A stretch of DNA of 62,698 bases, filler included, from Pseudomonadota bacterium (GTDB lineage: Bacteria; Desulfobacterota; Desulfobacteria; Desulfobacterales; JBDRRP01), in NCBI GenBank assembly GCA_043825735.1. It is 4 parts of 4 records of this genome, joined end to end, with 100 filler letters (N's around TTAATTAATTAA, not from the genome) between each part and the next. Parts side by side here need not be neighbours in the genome. Positions count along the whole stretch, not along the records: positions 45,508 to 57,905 come from JBDRRP010000067.1; positions 58,006 to 62,698 come from JBDRRP010000085.1; 2 more parts are not named here. The stretch is one strand, 5' to 3'. The position numbers and the translations under genes are program-made. The notes below the pieces were generated by a model. That model ran no database searches. It saw only the letters and a program-made list of their open reading frames with translations, and was not told the origin of the DNA. Positions 48,260 through 58,473 of this stretch are shown in pieces. The number at the start of each line of letters is the position of its first letter. Positions within the stretch are counted from its first letter, which is position 1.

Positions 48260-49909
48260 ATGCTCAAACTGATCCGCCAGCATGTGTCCTACAAGTATCT
48301 GCTGATAACCGCCGGCACCATCGGAGGGGTGTTCACGCTGCTGTATTTCTGGGTTTCCCACCGCCAGGAGCAGCACATCCTCGAACAGGTCCGGCAGCAG
48401 GCGGTGATTTTGCACAAACAGATCATTTTGACCCGCCAGTGGGTATCAGACCACAACTACATTCTGGTGGCCGGTTCGGCGGCCGGTGCCGGCACCGTGG
48501 TATCGGCAGATTCGGGCGGAGCGGTATACACAAAAATTACCCCGGCAGAGCTCACACGGCAATTGTCTGACTATGCCAGTCGGGGCAACCAATACTCCTT
48601 CAACATCACTAACTTGAATGGCAAGAACCCGCGCAATGTGCCCGACGCCTTCGAGGCCCAGGCGCTGCGCCTGTTTGCCGCGGATCAGGCTGACAACCTC
48701 AGCCGTGTCGAAATGCATGGGGGCCGGCATGTCTACCGCTACGCGGCCCCCCTGCGCATCACGGCCTCCTGCCTGGACTGCCATCAGCGTCAGGCGCTCA
48801 AGATCGGCGACATCGGCGGCTGCATCAGCGTGTTTTTGCCTTTCGAAGAAACCCGGCAGGCCATCCGCAACGAAAACGCCTATCTGTTTGCGGCCATGTT
48901 CGGCCTGACCGGGACGGTGGTGATTGTCCTGTTTTTCTTCGCCCAGCGATTGATGTTTCGGCCGATAAGGGAAATTCGACAGGCCACCCGGCGCCTCTGG
49001 CGCGACGAGATCGAAAGCGATCACCAGCCGGCCGGCGACGAGCTCAAGGATTTTGCCGCCTTGTGTTATCTGGTCGACGAAAAACTCAAGAACCAGCACG
49101 ACCAACTCGAGGATAAAATCCGGGCGGCCACCGAGGATCTTCATCGGACCAACCGTGAACTGGGGCAGCTCAACGCGGAGCTCATGGCCCTGAACCAATC
49201 AAAGAGCGAGTTCTTTTCCGACATTTCCCACGAGTTGCGCACGCCGCTGACCGCCATCAAGGGGGCGGTGGATACGCTCCGGCGGAAGAACGCCTGCAGC
49301 GAGCCCGGCTACATCGACATTATCGGGAAAAACACAGACCATCTCATCGTTACCATCGTCGATTTTCTCGACTATTCCAGACTGGAAACAGGCAACCTGG
49401 AACTGGAGGTGGCGGCTGTTTCCCTGCCGGAGATCATCACCGACGTTATCGCCGCGCAGAACCCCATTGCTGAAAAAGCAGGGGTTCGGATCGTCTTCAG
49501 TTGGCAGGCGGATCTCGTCATGCAACTGGATCGCCGCCGCATATTCCAGGTCATCACCAATCTTACGGCCAATGCCATCCGGTTTTCTCCGGAGGGCGGC
49601 TGCATCGCCGTCACCATGGCGGCCGACGAAGACGGCGCCACCGTCAGTATCCGGGATGAAGGTCCGGGCATTCCGGCCGTCTATCATGAGGCGATCTTTC
49701 AGAAATTTTTCAGAACGCCCGAAGGAAAACGCCGGGGCAACCTGCACCAGGGCTCCTCCGGGATCGGCCTGGCGATCTGCAAGGGGCTGCTTGAAGCACA
49801 CGCTGGCCGCATCTGGGTTGAGAGCACCCCGGGGGAAGGCAGCCAGTTTAGTTTTTATCTGCCGGTGGCCGGCGCAACGTCAAACGCATCTCACAGGAAG
49901 ACGCCATGA
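48260..49909 (+). CDS. Sensor histidine kinase with periplasmic c-heme (DUF3365-like) domain
   Basis: NPRNVPDAFE...CLDCH between TM helices; SHELRTPL; GIGL. Confidence 0.92.
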   Translation: MLKLIRQHVSYKYLLITAGTIGGVFTLLYFWVSHRQEQHILEQVRQQAVILHKQIILTRQWVSDHNYILVAGSAAGAGTVVSADSGGAVYTKITPAELTRQLSDYASRGNQYSFNITNLNGKNPRNVPDAFEAQALRLFAADQADNLSRVEMHGGRHVYRYAAPLRITASCLDCHQRQALKIGDIGGCISVFLPFEETRQAIRNENAYLFAAMFGLTGTVVIVLFFFAQRLMFRPIREIRQATRRLWRDEIESDHQPAGDELKDFAALCYLVDEKLKNQHDQLEDKIRAATEDLHRTNRELGQLNAELMALNQSKSEFFSDISHELRTPLTAIKGAVDTLRRKNACSEPGYIDIIGKNTDHLIVTIVDFLDYSRLETGNLELEVAAVSLPEIITDVIAAQNPIAEKAGVRIVFSWQADLVMQLDRRRIFQVITNLTANAIRFSPEGGCIAVTMAADEDGATVSIRDEGPGIPAVYHEAIFQKFFRTPEGKRRGNLHQGSSGIGLAICKGLLEAHAGRIWVESTPGEGSQFSFYLPVAGATSNASHRKTP

Positions 49910-50604
49910 CCCATTACACCATTCTGGTCATCGATGACGACCCGGATATCCGCGCCATCCTCCGGGATAACCTGGAGCTCGACGGGTACGCTGTGCTCAT
50001 CGCGCCGGACGGAAAGGCCGGGCTGGATAATTTTCATCGGGAAATGGTCGATCTGGTGATTCTCGATCTCATGCTCCCGGACATGGACGGCATCCAGGTC
50101 TGCCGCGCCATCCGCTCCCGGTCCACCGTCTCCATCATCATGCTCACGGCCAAGGACGGTGTTTCTGACAAGGTGCTGGGGCTGGAGCACGGCGCCGATG
50201 ACTACATCGTCAAGCCCTTCGATTACCTGGAACTGGCGGCCCGGATCAAAGCGCGGCTGCGCCGGAGCAAGCAGATCTACTCCCATGACAGCGCCCGTCA
50301 GTGCGGTCCGCTAAGGATGTTTTCAGCCACTTACGAAGTGGAGCTCAACGGTCGGCTGATCCGTTTAACGCCAAAAGAGTTCGAGCTGCTCGGACTGCTG
50401 GTCCGGTTTGCCGGCCAGCCCCTGGACCGTGAAGACATCCGCAAGGAGATCTGGCCCAAGGCAGACATCTACCGCTGGAGCCGTACCATCGATGTCCACA
50501 TCCAGCACCTCAGGGCCAAGCTGACCATCCCCGAGGACTGCCCCGAACTGATCCGGACGGTGCCGGGGATAGGCTACATGCTTTCAGTTCCCGCGCCGCG
50601 ATAG
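49906..50604 (+). CDS. OmpR-family response regulator
   Basis: Receiver plus LTPKEFELL, RTIDVHI..LRAK, IRTVPGIGY. Confidence 0.95.
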   Translation: MTHYTILVIDDDPDIRAILRDNLELDGYAVLIAPDGKAGLDNFHREMVDLVILDLMLPDMDGIQVCRAIRSRSTVSIIMLTAKDGVSDKVLGLEHGADDYIVKPFDYLELAARIKARLRRSKQIYSHDSARQCGPLRMFSATYEVELNGRLIRLTPKEFELLGLLVRFAGQPLDREDIRKEIWPKADIYRWSRTIDVHIQHLRAKLTIPEDCPELIRTVPGIGYMLSVPAPR

Positions 50605-50789
50605 CCGAAGCGTCTGTCCCAATGTCTTTTTGACAACGATTTGACGTGACCTTACCTTGGACAACCATAGCAACTGTATTCCCCGGTGATGGCGGCCGGG
50701 GATCGTCTGTCGATATCGGCACCGCGGTGGTGCCCCAAAAAAAGTCGGTCTCCGTATGACCGTTTTTACTGGGATCCAGTGGAGGAATC

Positions 50790-51767
50790 ATGACTGAAGG
50801 AATGGTGATTGCTGAAGATGTGTGCAAAACGGATGCGGCTTCGAGCGCCGAGTACAAGGCGCAGTTGCCGGCGGTGGCCGAGGAGATTATCGGTCACTGC
50901 CAGGATGCCGCCTGTTTCACGCATGTCGACTACGAACCCATCGCTTCTGAAGGTGACGTGGTGCAGATCGTGGGCCGCCTGCGGGAGTTGATTTTTCCCG
51001 GCTATTTTTCCCGAGACAAGATCGACCCCATGAGCGTTAAGTACACCATCGGCAAGACGGTGTCCGTGGTCTACGACATGCTCGTGGAGCAGATCAGCCA
51101 TGCCATCCGGCACGACTGCTTTCGCTACAGCCTGCCCTGCAGCCACTGCGAAGCCAAGGGCCACGAAGCGGCGCTCAGCATGCTTTCCGCCGTGCCGGAA
51201 ATCCGTCGCATTATGGCCAAGGATGTCCGAGCGGCCTATGACGGGGATCCGGCCGCCAAGAGCCACGATGAGATCATTTTCAGCTATCCGGGCGTCATGG
51301 CCATTTCGGTCTACCGGCTGGCCCACACACTGTTCAACCTGGGGGTGCCGCTGTTGCCGCGCATGATGACCGAGTACGCCCATAGTGTCACTGGTATCGA
51401 CATCCACCCCGGCGCCACCATCGGCGAGCGGTTTGTCATCGATCACGGCACCGGCGTGGTGGTCGGCGAAACAACGGTGATCGGAAGCAACGTGCGGATC
51501 TACCAGGGGGTGACCCTGGGTGCCCTGTCGCTGCCCAGGGATGCCGGCAATCAGCTCCGGGGTAAAAAACGGCACCCCACCATCGAGGACGACGTGATCA
51601 TCTATTCCGGGGCTACGATTCTGGGCGGTGATACCGTCGTCGGCGCCCGATCGGTCGTCGGCGGCAACGTGTGGCTGACCGAGTCGGTGCCACCGGATAC
51701 GAAAGTGCTCATCGAGTCGCCGCGGCTGATCTACAAATACGGCAACGGCAGCGATGACACGGCGTAG
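50790..51767 (+). CDS. cysE: Serine O-acetyltransferase
   Basis: [26 protein letters not shown] motifs. Confidence 0.93.
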   Translation: MTEGMVIAEDVCKTDAASSAEYKAQLPAVAEEIIGHCQDAACFTHVDYEPIASEGDVVQIVGRLRELIFPGYFSRDKIDPMSVKYTIGKTVSVVYDMLVEQISHAIRHDCFRYSLPCSHCEAKGHEAALSMLSAVPEIRRIMAKDVRAAYDGDPAAKSHDEIIFSYPGVMAISVYRLAHTLFNLGVPLLPRMMTEYAHSVTGIDIHPGATIGERFVIDHGTGVVVGETTVIGSNVRIYQGVTLGALSLPRDAGNQLRGKKRHPTIEDDVIIYSGATILGGDTVVGARSVVGGNVWLTESVPPDTKVLIESPRLIYKYGNGSDDTA

Positions 51768-51795
51768 CCATACTTCAAATGGTCAGCGTCCAAAG

Positions 51796-51895
51796 TTGGT
51801 GAAACCGTAAAAAGTCCCAAATCCTGTCACCCCGGCGAAGGCCGGGGGCCAGAAGTACTGAAATCACTGGATCCCGGCCTTCGCCGGGATGACAG
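51796..51895. repeat. MITE-like element with paired REP core
   Basis: CGTAAAAAGTCCC...GTCACCCCGGCGAAGGCCGGG...GGATCCCGGCCTTCGCCGGGATGAC. Confidence 0.75.
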
Positions 51896-51910
51896 AAAAA
51901 GGAGAAATCC

Positions 51911-52831
51911 ATGACCATACTCAACAGTATTATCAACGTAGTGGGCTGCACGCCGCTCGTTCGCCTCAAACGTATGGCTGACGGCGTGGGGGCGGAAATC
52001 CTCGCCAAACTCGAGTTCCAGAACCCGCTGGGCAGCGTCAAAGACCGCATCGCGGCCGGAATGATCGCCCAGGCGGAGGCCGATGGGCGCATCGGGCCGG
52101 AAACGCTCATCGTGGAGGCAACCAGCGGCAACACAGGCATCGGACTGGCGTTCATCTGCGCGGCCAAGGGCTACCGGATCTGTCTGACCATGCCCGACAC
52201 CATGAGTCAGGAGCGCCGCAAGCTGCTCACCCACCTGGGGGCCGAGTTGGTGCTCACCCCCGGGGCACAGGGCATGGGCGGCGCCATCGCCGCGGCAGAG
52301 AAGATCCTCGCCGAACGGGGCGACGCCTTCATGCCCAATCAGTTCACCAATCCGGCCAATCCGGAAGCGCACCGGAAAACCACCGCCGAGGAAATCTGGC
52401 ACGATACCGATGGGCAAGTGGACGCCGTGGTTTCCGGCGTAGGCACCGGCGGAACCATTACGGGGGTGGGCCAGGTCATCAAGGGGCGCAACCCGGGCTT
52501 CAAGGCCATCGCCGTTGAGCCCAGCGCCTCGCCGGTGCTCTCGGGCGGGCAAAAAGGCCCCCATAAAATCCAGGGGATCGGGGCCGGTTTCATTCCTCAG
52601 GTGCTCGATACCGCGATCATCGACGATGTGGTCACCGTCTCCAACGACGATGCCTTTGAAACGGCGCGCCGCCTGGCAAAGACTGAAGGCATTCTGTGCG
52701 GGATTTCATCCGGGGCCGCTGTCTGGGCCGCGCTCGAGGTCGGCCGCCGCCCGGAATACAAAGGAAAACGCATCGTGGTGATCCTGCCTAGCACCGGCGA
52801 GCGTTATATCAGTACGGAGCTATTCGTCTAG
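51911..52831 (+). CDS. cysK: Cysteine synthase A
   Basis: [31 protein letters not shown] motifs. Confidence 0.96.
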   Translation: MTILNSIINVVGCTPLVRLKRMADGVGAEILAKLEFQNPLGSVKDRIAAGMIAQAEADGRIGPETLIVEATSGNTGIGLAFICAAKGYRICLTMPDTMSQERRKLLTHLGAELVLTPGAQGMGGAIAAAEKILAERGDAFMPNQFTNPANPEAHRKTTAEEIWHDTDGQVDAVVSGVGTGGTITGVGQVIKGRNPGFKAIAVEPSASPVLSGGQKGPHKIQGIGAGFIPQVLDTAIIDDVVTVSNDDAFETARRLAKTEGILCGISSGAAVWAALEVGRRPEYKGKRIVVILPSTGERYISTELFV

Positions 52832-52940
52832 TGCCCATCCACAAGCGGCATCTTTTGGCCCCTGGCGGCGTACTCACACTTTTTGAAATCCTCGACGTAG
52901 CTCCGCTACGCCTCCGGTTTCAAAAATGCTCGGGCCTTCC
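52829..52940. repeat. MITE-like element (homolog of 37215-37362)
   Basis: TAGTGCCCATCCACAAGCGGCATCTTTTGGCCC...GAAATCCTC...CCTCCGGTTTC. Confidence 0.7.
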
Positions 52941-52987
52941 GCCGTCGCTGCGCTGGCCCGGAAGTCGGCGGGGAAGGGGCGAACTCT

Positions 52988-53548
52988 ATGAGTGACGGTG
53001 CGGCCGGGGCGGCAAATACAGCCCTGGTGGATGCCTCCTCGGCAATCCTCCTCCACAGGGCGGGGCTCTTTGCCACCGTGACGGCGGCCTACCGGGTGGT
53101 GATGGCCGCATCCGTGTACACGGAGGTGACGGCGCCGGGCCACCACGGGGCAGTGGCCTTTGGCCGGTTTTATCGGGAAGGGCGGTTCGTCTTGGAGCGC
53201 CCTGCCCAAGCTGGGATATCCGATGAAGGCCTGCCAGGCGGTCTACATGCCGGCGAGCGCGACACCCTTCTGCTCTACCGTGGCGGATGCGGCGACTTTA
53301 TCGTCATCGACGATGGAAAGGCCGCAGCTCATTGCCGGGACGCCGGCATTCCCTACCTGAACGCCCTGCTCATGCCGCGAGTGCTCCATCTGTCGGGCTG
53401 CTTATCCGCGGAAGCCGGCGCCAGGGCTGCAAAAACCATCACCGATGCCGGGCGCTACGCCGACTGGGTGGTGCGCTACGCCCGTGAGGCGGCCGAGGCG
53501 GTGCTCACGCCCTTTCTCCCTGCCGGACCCGTCGATTTCAGCCGGTGA
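52988..53548 (+). CDS. PIN-domain-like hypothetical protein
   Basis: LVDASS, VYTEV, LHAGE, IDDGKA acidic pattern. Confidence 0.6.
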   Translation: MSDGAAGAANTALVDASSAILLHRAGLFATVTAAYRVVMAASVYTEVTAPGHHGAVAFGRFYREGRFVLERPAQAGISDEGLPGGLHAGERDTLLLYRGGCGDFIVIDDGKAAAHCRDAGIPYLNALLMPRVLHLSGCLSAEAGARAAKTITDAGRYADWVVRYAREAAEAVLTPFLPAGPVDFSR

Positions 53549-54566
53549 TCCACACTCCCCAGCGCCAGTGCCACACCAGGGCCGGTGCTGCTGAGGTACC
53601 TACGAAAACCACCACCGCCGCTGCAACTCGGCGGCCGGCCCGCCCGGCCCGCTGTCGCACTGCCGTTTCCAGGACGGATTTGCCGGCAGCGACCCGCCAC
53701 AGAGCCGGTGCCGTCAAGGCTTCCAGCAGGATTACGGCGGCAGCGAGCAGGAGCGGAAATCCCATCCAGGCGCCGGACTCGGTGAACAGGCACCAGGGGC
53801 AGTGATGATGGAGCACGCCGTAAAGGTAGGCACTCAGGGTTCGGGTGAGGGTGACGCCGGCAGCCGGGGTCCAGGCCAGGGCGAGGACCCCCATGGCGGC
53901 CATTCCCAGGGGGGCCGGCCGGCGATAAACGGCGATGCCGGACCCTGCCAGCATCACGCTGAGAATACCGTAGGCCGCAGTCCACCCCGTATTGGACACG
54001 CCGGCGGTATGCCCTGCTTGTTCCAGGTTTTGAAACTGATCGTAGAGCACCATGCAGCAGTCCACAGGCCTGTGGCTGTCCATACCGGCCAGGGTGGCTG
54101 CGGCTGCGACGATACTCAGGGTCGCCAGCGGCAACAGCAGGAGCATGATACCGGCGCCGGGCCGGGTGAGCGGCCCCATGGGGTGGCTGCGGTTCAGGCG
54201 ATCCACAGCGGCCCACAGGTAGAAAACGCCGACGGCCGTCAGCCGGTACATGATGGCGTGCGCCCCTGCCGGGCCGCTCGCTTGAAGGACCCCGGTGCCG
54301 CACATGGCGCCGGGTACCAGGGCGGGCATCACCGAGCTGAGCGTCACCAGCCACAGGGCTGTTGCCGCGGCAAACAGAAACAGGCCAAGCCGGCCCAGGA
54401 TCGATGCGGCCTCGGCCTGCGATTCCAGAAGAAGCTGACCGGCGCCGGCGGACGCCGGGTTCCAGGCGGCGGCGATGCGAAAGGCGCCGAACCCGCTTGC
54501 GGCCGTAGTCGCCAGTGCAGACAGATCGAGCACCATGGCGGCCATGATGAGGGGGTGGCTGATCAT
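53538..54566 (-). CDS. Multi-pass membrane protein with conserved Cys motifs
   Basis: VPGAMCGTG, VDCC, HHCPWC; ATGA overlap with the ABC ATPase gene. Confidence 0.75.
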   Translation of the reverse strand: MISHPLIMAAMVLDLSALATTAASGFGAFRIAAAWNPASAGAGQLLLESQAEAASILGRLGLFLFAAATALWLVTLSSVMPALVPGAMCGTGVLQASGPAGAHAIMYRLTAVGVFYLWAAVDRLNRSHPMGPLTRPGAGIMLLLLPLATLSIVAAAATLAGMDSHRPVDCCMVLYDQFQNLEQAGHTAGVSNTGWTAAYGILSVMLAGSGIAVYRRPAPLGMAAMGVLALAWTPAAGVTLTRTLSAYLYGVLHHHCPWCLFTESGAWMGFPLLLAAAVILLEALTAPALWRVAAGKSVLETAVRQRAGRAGRRVAAAVVVFVGTSAAPALVWHWRWGVWITG

Positions 54567-55252
54567 GGTTGGCGTTCCAGACGGCCGCTGTCCAGTCGGT
54601 AGGCTGTCGTCACGGCCGGATGCTGTGCTACCCGGGGATCGTGGGCTGTCATCACCACTACGGCCTGGCGCGCCCGGGCGTTTTCGGCCAACAGCGCCAT
54701 GATCCGCTCTGCCTGGCAATCATCCTGGTGGGCGGTGGGCTCGTCGGCAAGAATCACCGCGGGGGCGGACGCCAGTGCCCTGGCGATAGAGACCCGCTGG
54801 CGCTCTCCCGTGCTCAGCCGGTTCACCGGAATGCGGGCCATCGCTGTCAGATCCGTCAGCGCGAGCATCTCGTGGCATCTCAGTGTCATTTCCGTGGCGG
54901 GCATCTGTCGCGGCACCAATGGTACCAGCACGTTTTCAATGGTATTGAGGTCTTCCAGAAAGAGGCCCGTCTGGAAAACGAAGCCCACCCGGCGACGCCA
55001 CCGGTCACGGTAGGCCGGTGTCCAGCGCGACACGGGATCATTGCCGAAGAGCACCTGGCCGGCGCTGGGGCGCTGAAGGCAGGCCAGCACGCGGAGCAGG
55101 GTGGTTTTGCCCGCCCCCGTGTTCCCGGTGATCAGGGCGACTTCCCCGCCGGTGAAGATCGCCGACACGTCGACCAGAATGTCCGGGTGGTGCGCTCGCC
55201 CCCGGGTGGCGGCGACGCTGATACGATCGCAGGTGATCCGATCGGTGGTCAT
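54563..55252 (-). CDS. ABC transporter ATP-binding protein (LolD-like)
   Basis: GNTGAGKT, LSTGERQR, LADEPT, H-loop. Confidence 0.92.
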   Translation of the reverse strand: MTTDRITCDRISVAATRGRAHHPDILVDVSAIFTGGEVALITGNTGAGKTTLLRVLACLQRPSAGQVLFGNDPVSRWTPAYRDRWRRRVGFVFQTGLFLEDLNTIENVLVPLVPRQMPATEMTLRCHEMLALTDLTAMARIPVNRLSTGERQRVSIARALASAPAVILADEPTAHQDDCQAERIMALLAENARARQAVVVMTAHDPRVAQHPAVTTAYRLDSGRLERQP

Positions 55253-56403
55253 GGAAGGCCTCCGGTGTCTTTCGGCCAGTGCAGCGCCGATCGTGCGGAG
55301 GCGTTGACGCCGGCCAGCACCACGGACACGAGGTACGGTATCAGCACCAGGGCCGATATTTCCACCAGGACGATCGCCAGATCGGCAGTGACCGCCATCG
55401 ACGTGTCCGCCGGCAGTGCGCGGCCCCACAGGAGGGCGCCGAGGGCGGCCAGATCGGGCATTGCGACCAGTGCGTATGCCGCGGCGGCTCCCAGGGCAAC
55501 GGCGGGCAGTCCCACCCAGAGCGCGGCATAAAGGCGCCGGCGATACATATCGGCTGCTGACCAGCCCATGGCCCTGAGCAGATAAGTCTCTCCGGTATTG
55601 GCGTGCTGTTGGCGAACGGACACCAGAACCAGCAGGGACAGGGTCAGCACCGCGGGGAAAAACCGGGCGATTCGGGTCCCGCCGGCGGCCGCCAGAGACG
55701 CATAATACCTGCCGGCGGCCGAGATCCGGTCATCAATGTGTACCGGAAACGGCAAGCGCGAGATCAATTCCGTCGAGATGGCGGAGATTTCGGTTTCGTG
55801 GAAGGCATCTACCGTGAGATCGGTGGCATGGCCTTCGGGAATATCCAGAAGCGAACGCGCTTCGTCCGGTCGCAAGATGAGCAGGTCGGTGGCCGGAAGG
55901 CCCGCATCGGGGGGCACGAGCCCGGAGACGGTGAAAACGGCCGGCGTACCGTCGGTATGAAACAGGGTTATCCGGCCCTCTGGAGCCAAGACCCCGGCAC
56001 CGGCGGCCAGGGTCCCGGGGGCGGGCGGCTGCAGGGGCCATGCCGGCAGGGCGGTTGCCGGCGGCATCCAGGCGATGACGGTCACCGGGCCCGATGCCGA
56101 TGCCACACGACCCCAGATGCGCGCTCGTACGGATATGGCGCCGGGGATTTTTGAGGCACTCTCCGCGGCGCTCACGGGGATGGGGCGCCAGCCGGTGGGA
56201 TCTGTTCTGCGCACGACCATGGCCGGAGACGCCGCCAAAATGGCGCCCATGGTTCGTGACAGGCACTGTGAGATCAGCAGCGGTGTGCCGATGGACAGTG
56301 TCAACAGCGCCAGCACCCCTGCAGTGAGCAGGGCTTCACCCGGTCGCTGCAGAAGATCGCGCAGGGCCCACAGGGCCATGTTCCGGTGTGTTTGCAGGGT
56401 CAT
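55249..56403 (-). CDS. ABC transporter permease (FtsX/LolE-like)
   Basis: One TM, large periplasmic loop, LLRAMGWS, further TM helices. Confidence 0.8.
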   Translation of the reverse strand: MTLQTHRNMALWALRDLLQRPGEALLTAGVLALLTLSIGTPLLISQCLSRTMGAILAASPAMVVRRTDPTGWRPIPVSAAESASKIPGAISVRARIWGRVASASGPVTVIAWMPPATALPAWPLQPPAPGTLAAGAGVLAPEGRITLFHTDGTPAVFTVSGLVPPDAGLPATDLLILRPDEARSLLDIPEGHATDLTVDAFHETEISAISTELISRLPFPVHIDDRISAAGRYYASLAAAGGTRIARFFPAVLTLSLLVLVSVRQQHANTGETYLLRAMGWSAADMYRRRLYAALWVGLPAVALGAAAAYALVAMPDLAALGALLWGRALPADTSMAVTADLAIVLVEISALVLIPYLVSVVLAGVNASARSALHWPKDTGGLP

Positions 56404-56690
56404 GGTTGATTTCCCCACGGTTCACGCCCTCCGGCGGTGCTGATTTCATGCAGTGCCATGGGCACCATCGGTCCGTAACGTGTATCGCTGCCGATCATGT
56501 CGACGGCCGGGGCGGGCAGGGCGGCAGCCATGCGCCGGATGGCCGTGCTTCGCTCGCCGGCCGTTGGGCGGCAGACCAGGTCCGTGCTCACGGCGACGAC
56601 CAGCGCGGCCGTCAGCAATGACAGGACCGTCGCTGCAATCCGGCAGGTGCGAAACGGGTCGGTCAACCCGATGGGGGGCTCTTCATTCAT
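56400..56690 (-). CDS. Small membrane-anchored hypothetical protein
   Basis: One TM helix; ATGA overlap with the permease gene. Confidence 0.55.
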   Translation of the reverse strand: MNEEPPIGLTDPFRTCRIAATVLSLLTAALVVAVSTDLVCRPTAGERSTAIRRMAAALPAPAVDMIGSDTRYGPMVPMALHEISTAGGREPWGNQP

Positions 56691-57009
56691 TGGACCAGCT
56701 CAGCGTGCGCATGTAAAAACAACCAGAAGTGGTGACTTATAGCCATTGTCGTAAATACGTTCCGTTTGCACAACAGCGCCGTGTAAAAAGTAAGTATCAC
56801 GTCATGCCGGCGAAGGCGGCATCCAGAAATATTTGAATTGACTGGACTCAGATCTTTGACCCGCGCTTACGTGCCAGTCTTGACAGCCGGCGAATATCTG
56901 TACCTAATATCCATCCAGAGCCGGTGGATTTTGTTCAGAATAATCGGGACGAGTGTATGGCAACATATTTCAAATCGCAAGATACCTCCGCGCCGCCGAC
57001 AGCGGCGCC

Positions 57010-57705
57010 ATGACCATGCCCACCGCAGACTGGCTGTCCATGGTGCTGCTGGGGATTTTCGGTACCGGGCATTGTATCGGGATGTGCGGGCCGCTGGTGG
57101 TGGCTTTTCCCGGCAGGCACCGCCGGCTGTGGCCCCACATCGTCTACCATCTGGGCCGTGTGAGTGTCTACACCGTCATCGGCGGACTTCTGGGCGGGGC
57201 CGGTCTGGTCGTGGCAGCGCTCACTGCCGGTGATCCGGTCCAGCGGGTGCAGGTGCTCGGTCGGGTCCAGGTATTGCTCTCTTTGGCCGCCGGTGGCGGC
57301 CTCATTTATATGGCGCTGGCGCAATTGGGGTTGCTGCGTCTTTCGGAACGGCTCACCGTCGCCGCGCCCCAGGGGCAGTTCGGTTTTGGCGCCATGATCG
57401 CCGCTGCCCGCCGCTGGCCGCCGGCGGCGGGGATGCTGGCCCTGGGGGCTGTCAACGGCATGCTGCCTTGCGGGTTGTCCTATGCCGCTTTCATGCGGGC
57501 GGCCGCCGGGGAGGGCATTCTCGAGGGAATGACGCTGTGCGCCGCATTTGGCATTGGTACGCTGCCCGGATTGTTGCTGCTGGGAACCGGCACCGCCCAT
57601 CTCCTCCGGCGCTACCGGCGTCAGGCGGATATCCTTTCGGGCATGATCATGGCCGCCATGGGCGTGATGCTGCTGGTCAAGGCGCTGGGAGTGGTATTCT
57701 TGTGA
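57010..57705 (+). CDS. TauE/SafE-like (DsbD_2) membrane protein
   Basis: HCIGMCGP, YHLGR, GMLPCGLSY, FGIGTLP motifs. Confidence 0.88.
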   Translation: MTMPTADWLSMVLLGIFGTGHCIGMCGPLVVAFPGRHRRLWPHIVYHLGRVSVYTVIGGLLGGAGLVVAALTAGDPVQRVQVLGRVQVLLSLAAGGGLIYMALAQLGLLRLSERLTVAAPQGQFGFGAMIAAARRWPPAAGMLALGAVNGMLPCGLSYAAFMRAAAGEGILEGMTLCAAFGIGTLPGLLLLGTGTAHLLRRYRRQADILSGMIMAAMGVMLLVKALGVVFL

Positions 57706-57754
57706 CCGGTTTTTGCGCGAACCTGCCGCGCCGCTCGCGTCAGGAAGATACCGG

Positions 57755-57783
57755 GCGGGGATAAACCCCATATGCGCTAACTT
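57755..57783 (-). repeat. Inverted repeat, right copy
   Basis: GCGGGG-N5-CCCCATATGCGCTAACTT. Confidence 0.7.
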
Positions 57784-57834
57784 GTCAGGCGCTATTGCAA
57801 TCTGGCAAGTAACGGTAACAGCGCAAAACGAACG

Positions 57835-57905
57835 TTGATGGCAATGTAAAAAGTCTGAAATCACCACAGAGGACACAGAGAGCGCAGAGATGACTTATTA
57901 ATTAT
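57835..57905. repeat. MITE-like element (CACAGAG core), cut by contig end
   Basis: TTGATGGCAATGTAAAAAGTCTGAAATCACCACAGAGGACACAGAG. Confidence 0.75.
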
Positions 57906-58005
57906 NNNNNNNNNNNNNNNNNNNNNNNNNNNNNNNNNNNNNNNNNNNNTTAATTAATTAANNNNNNNNNNNNNNNNNNNNNNNNNNNNNNNNNNNNNNN
58001 NNNNN
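57906..58005. other. Assembly linker (contig join)
   Basis: N run + TTAATTAATTAA + N run. Confidence 0.99.
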
Positions 58006-58051
58006 CAACGGCGCGTCATTGAGAAAATCACCGTTAGGGCTTGAAATTTTA

Positions 58052-58088
58052 GGTAGCGGGGGCAGGATTCGAACCTACGACTTTCGGG
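58052..58088 (-). pseudogene. 3' half of a tRNA (initiator Met-like), probable att-site scar
   Basis: CCCGAAAGTCGTAGGTTCGAATCCTGCCCCCGCTACC; no D arm or 5' acceptor strand. Confidence 0.7.
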
Positions 58089-58252
58089 CGCAGTCTTTTG
58101 AGTCTCAAAAAGAGGCGTTGCCGTAAACCTAAAAACTGGAATGCAAAAGATGAGAAATCTGGACTGTGGGTGGGAAATGCGGTGGGGAAGTGGGTTTCTA
58201 AGAAATGAAAAAGGGGTTGCACAATTGACCGCAACCCCTTGATTTTATTTAG

Positions 58253-58327
58253 TGGTGATCCCACCGGGAATCGAACCCGGGTTACCGGCGTGAGAGGCCG
58301 ATGTCCTGACCGCTAGACGATGGGACC
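58253..58327 (-). tRNA. tRNA-Glu(CTC)
   Basis: GGTCCCATCGTCTAGCGGTCAGGACATCGGCCTCTCACGCCGG...GTTCGATTC...GGGATCACCA, 75 nt. Confidence 0.97.
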
Positions 58328-58379
58328 ACGAGAAATTAATCCTGCCTCCCATAGCGAACCCCTGCCGGAATGTCAAATC

Positions 58380-58414
58380 AAAAAGGCAGAGCCCCGGAGG
58401 GCTCTGCCTTTTTT
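58380..58414 (-). terminator. Intrinsic terminator after the peptide gene pair
   Basis: AAAAAGGCAGAGCCC / GGGCTCTGCCTTTTT hairpin. Confidence 0.85.
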
Positions 58415-58473
58415 GCGATGGGTTACAGCGGTTTGAACTGTTGCCCTTTTATGGTTTTGAGGCTCTGCCTTTT

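Noticed and set aside
58052..58088. Functional tRNA gene
   Set aside because: Only the T arm and 3' acceptor strand are present.
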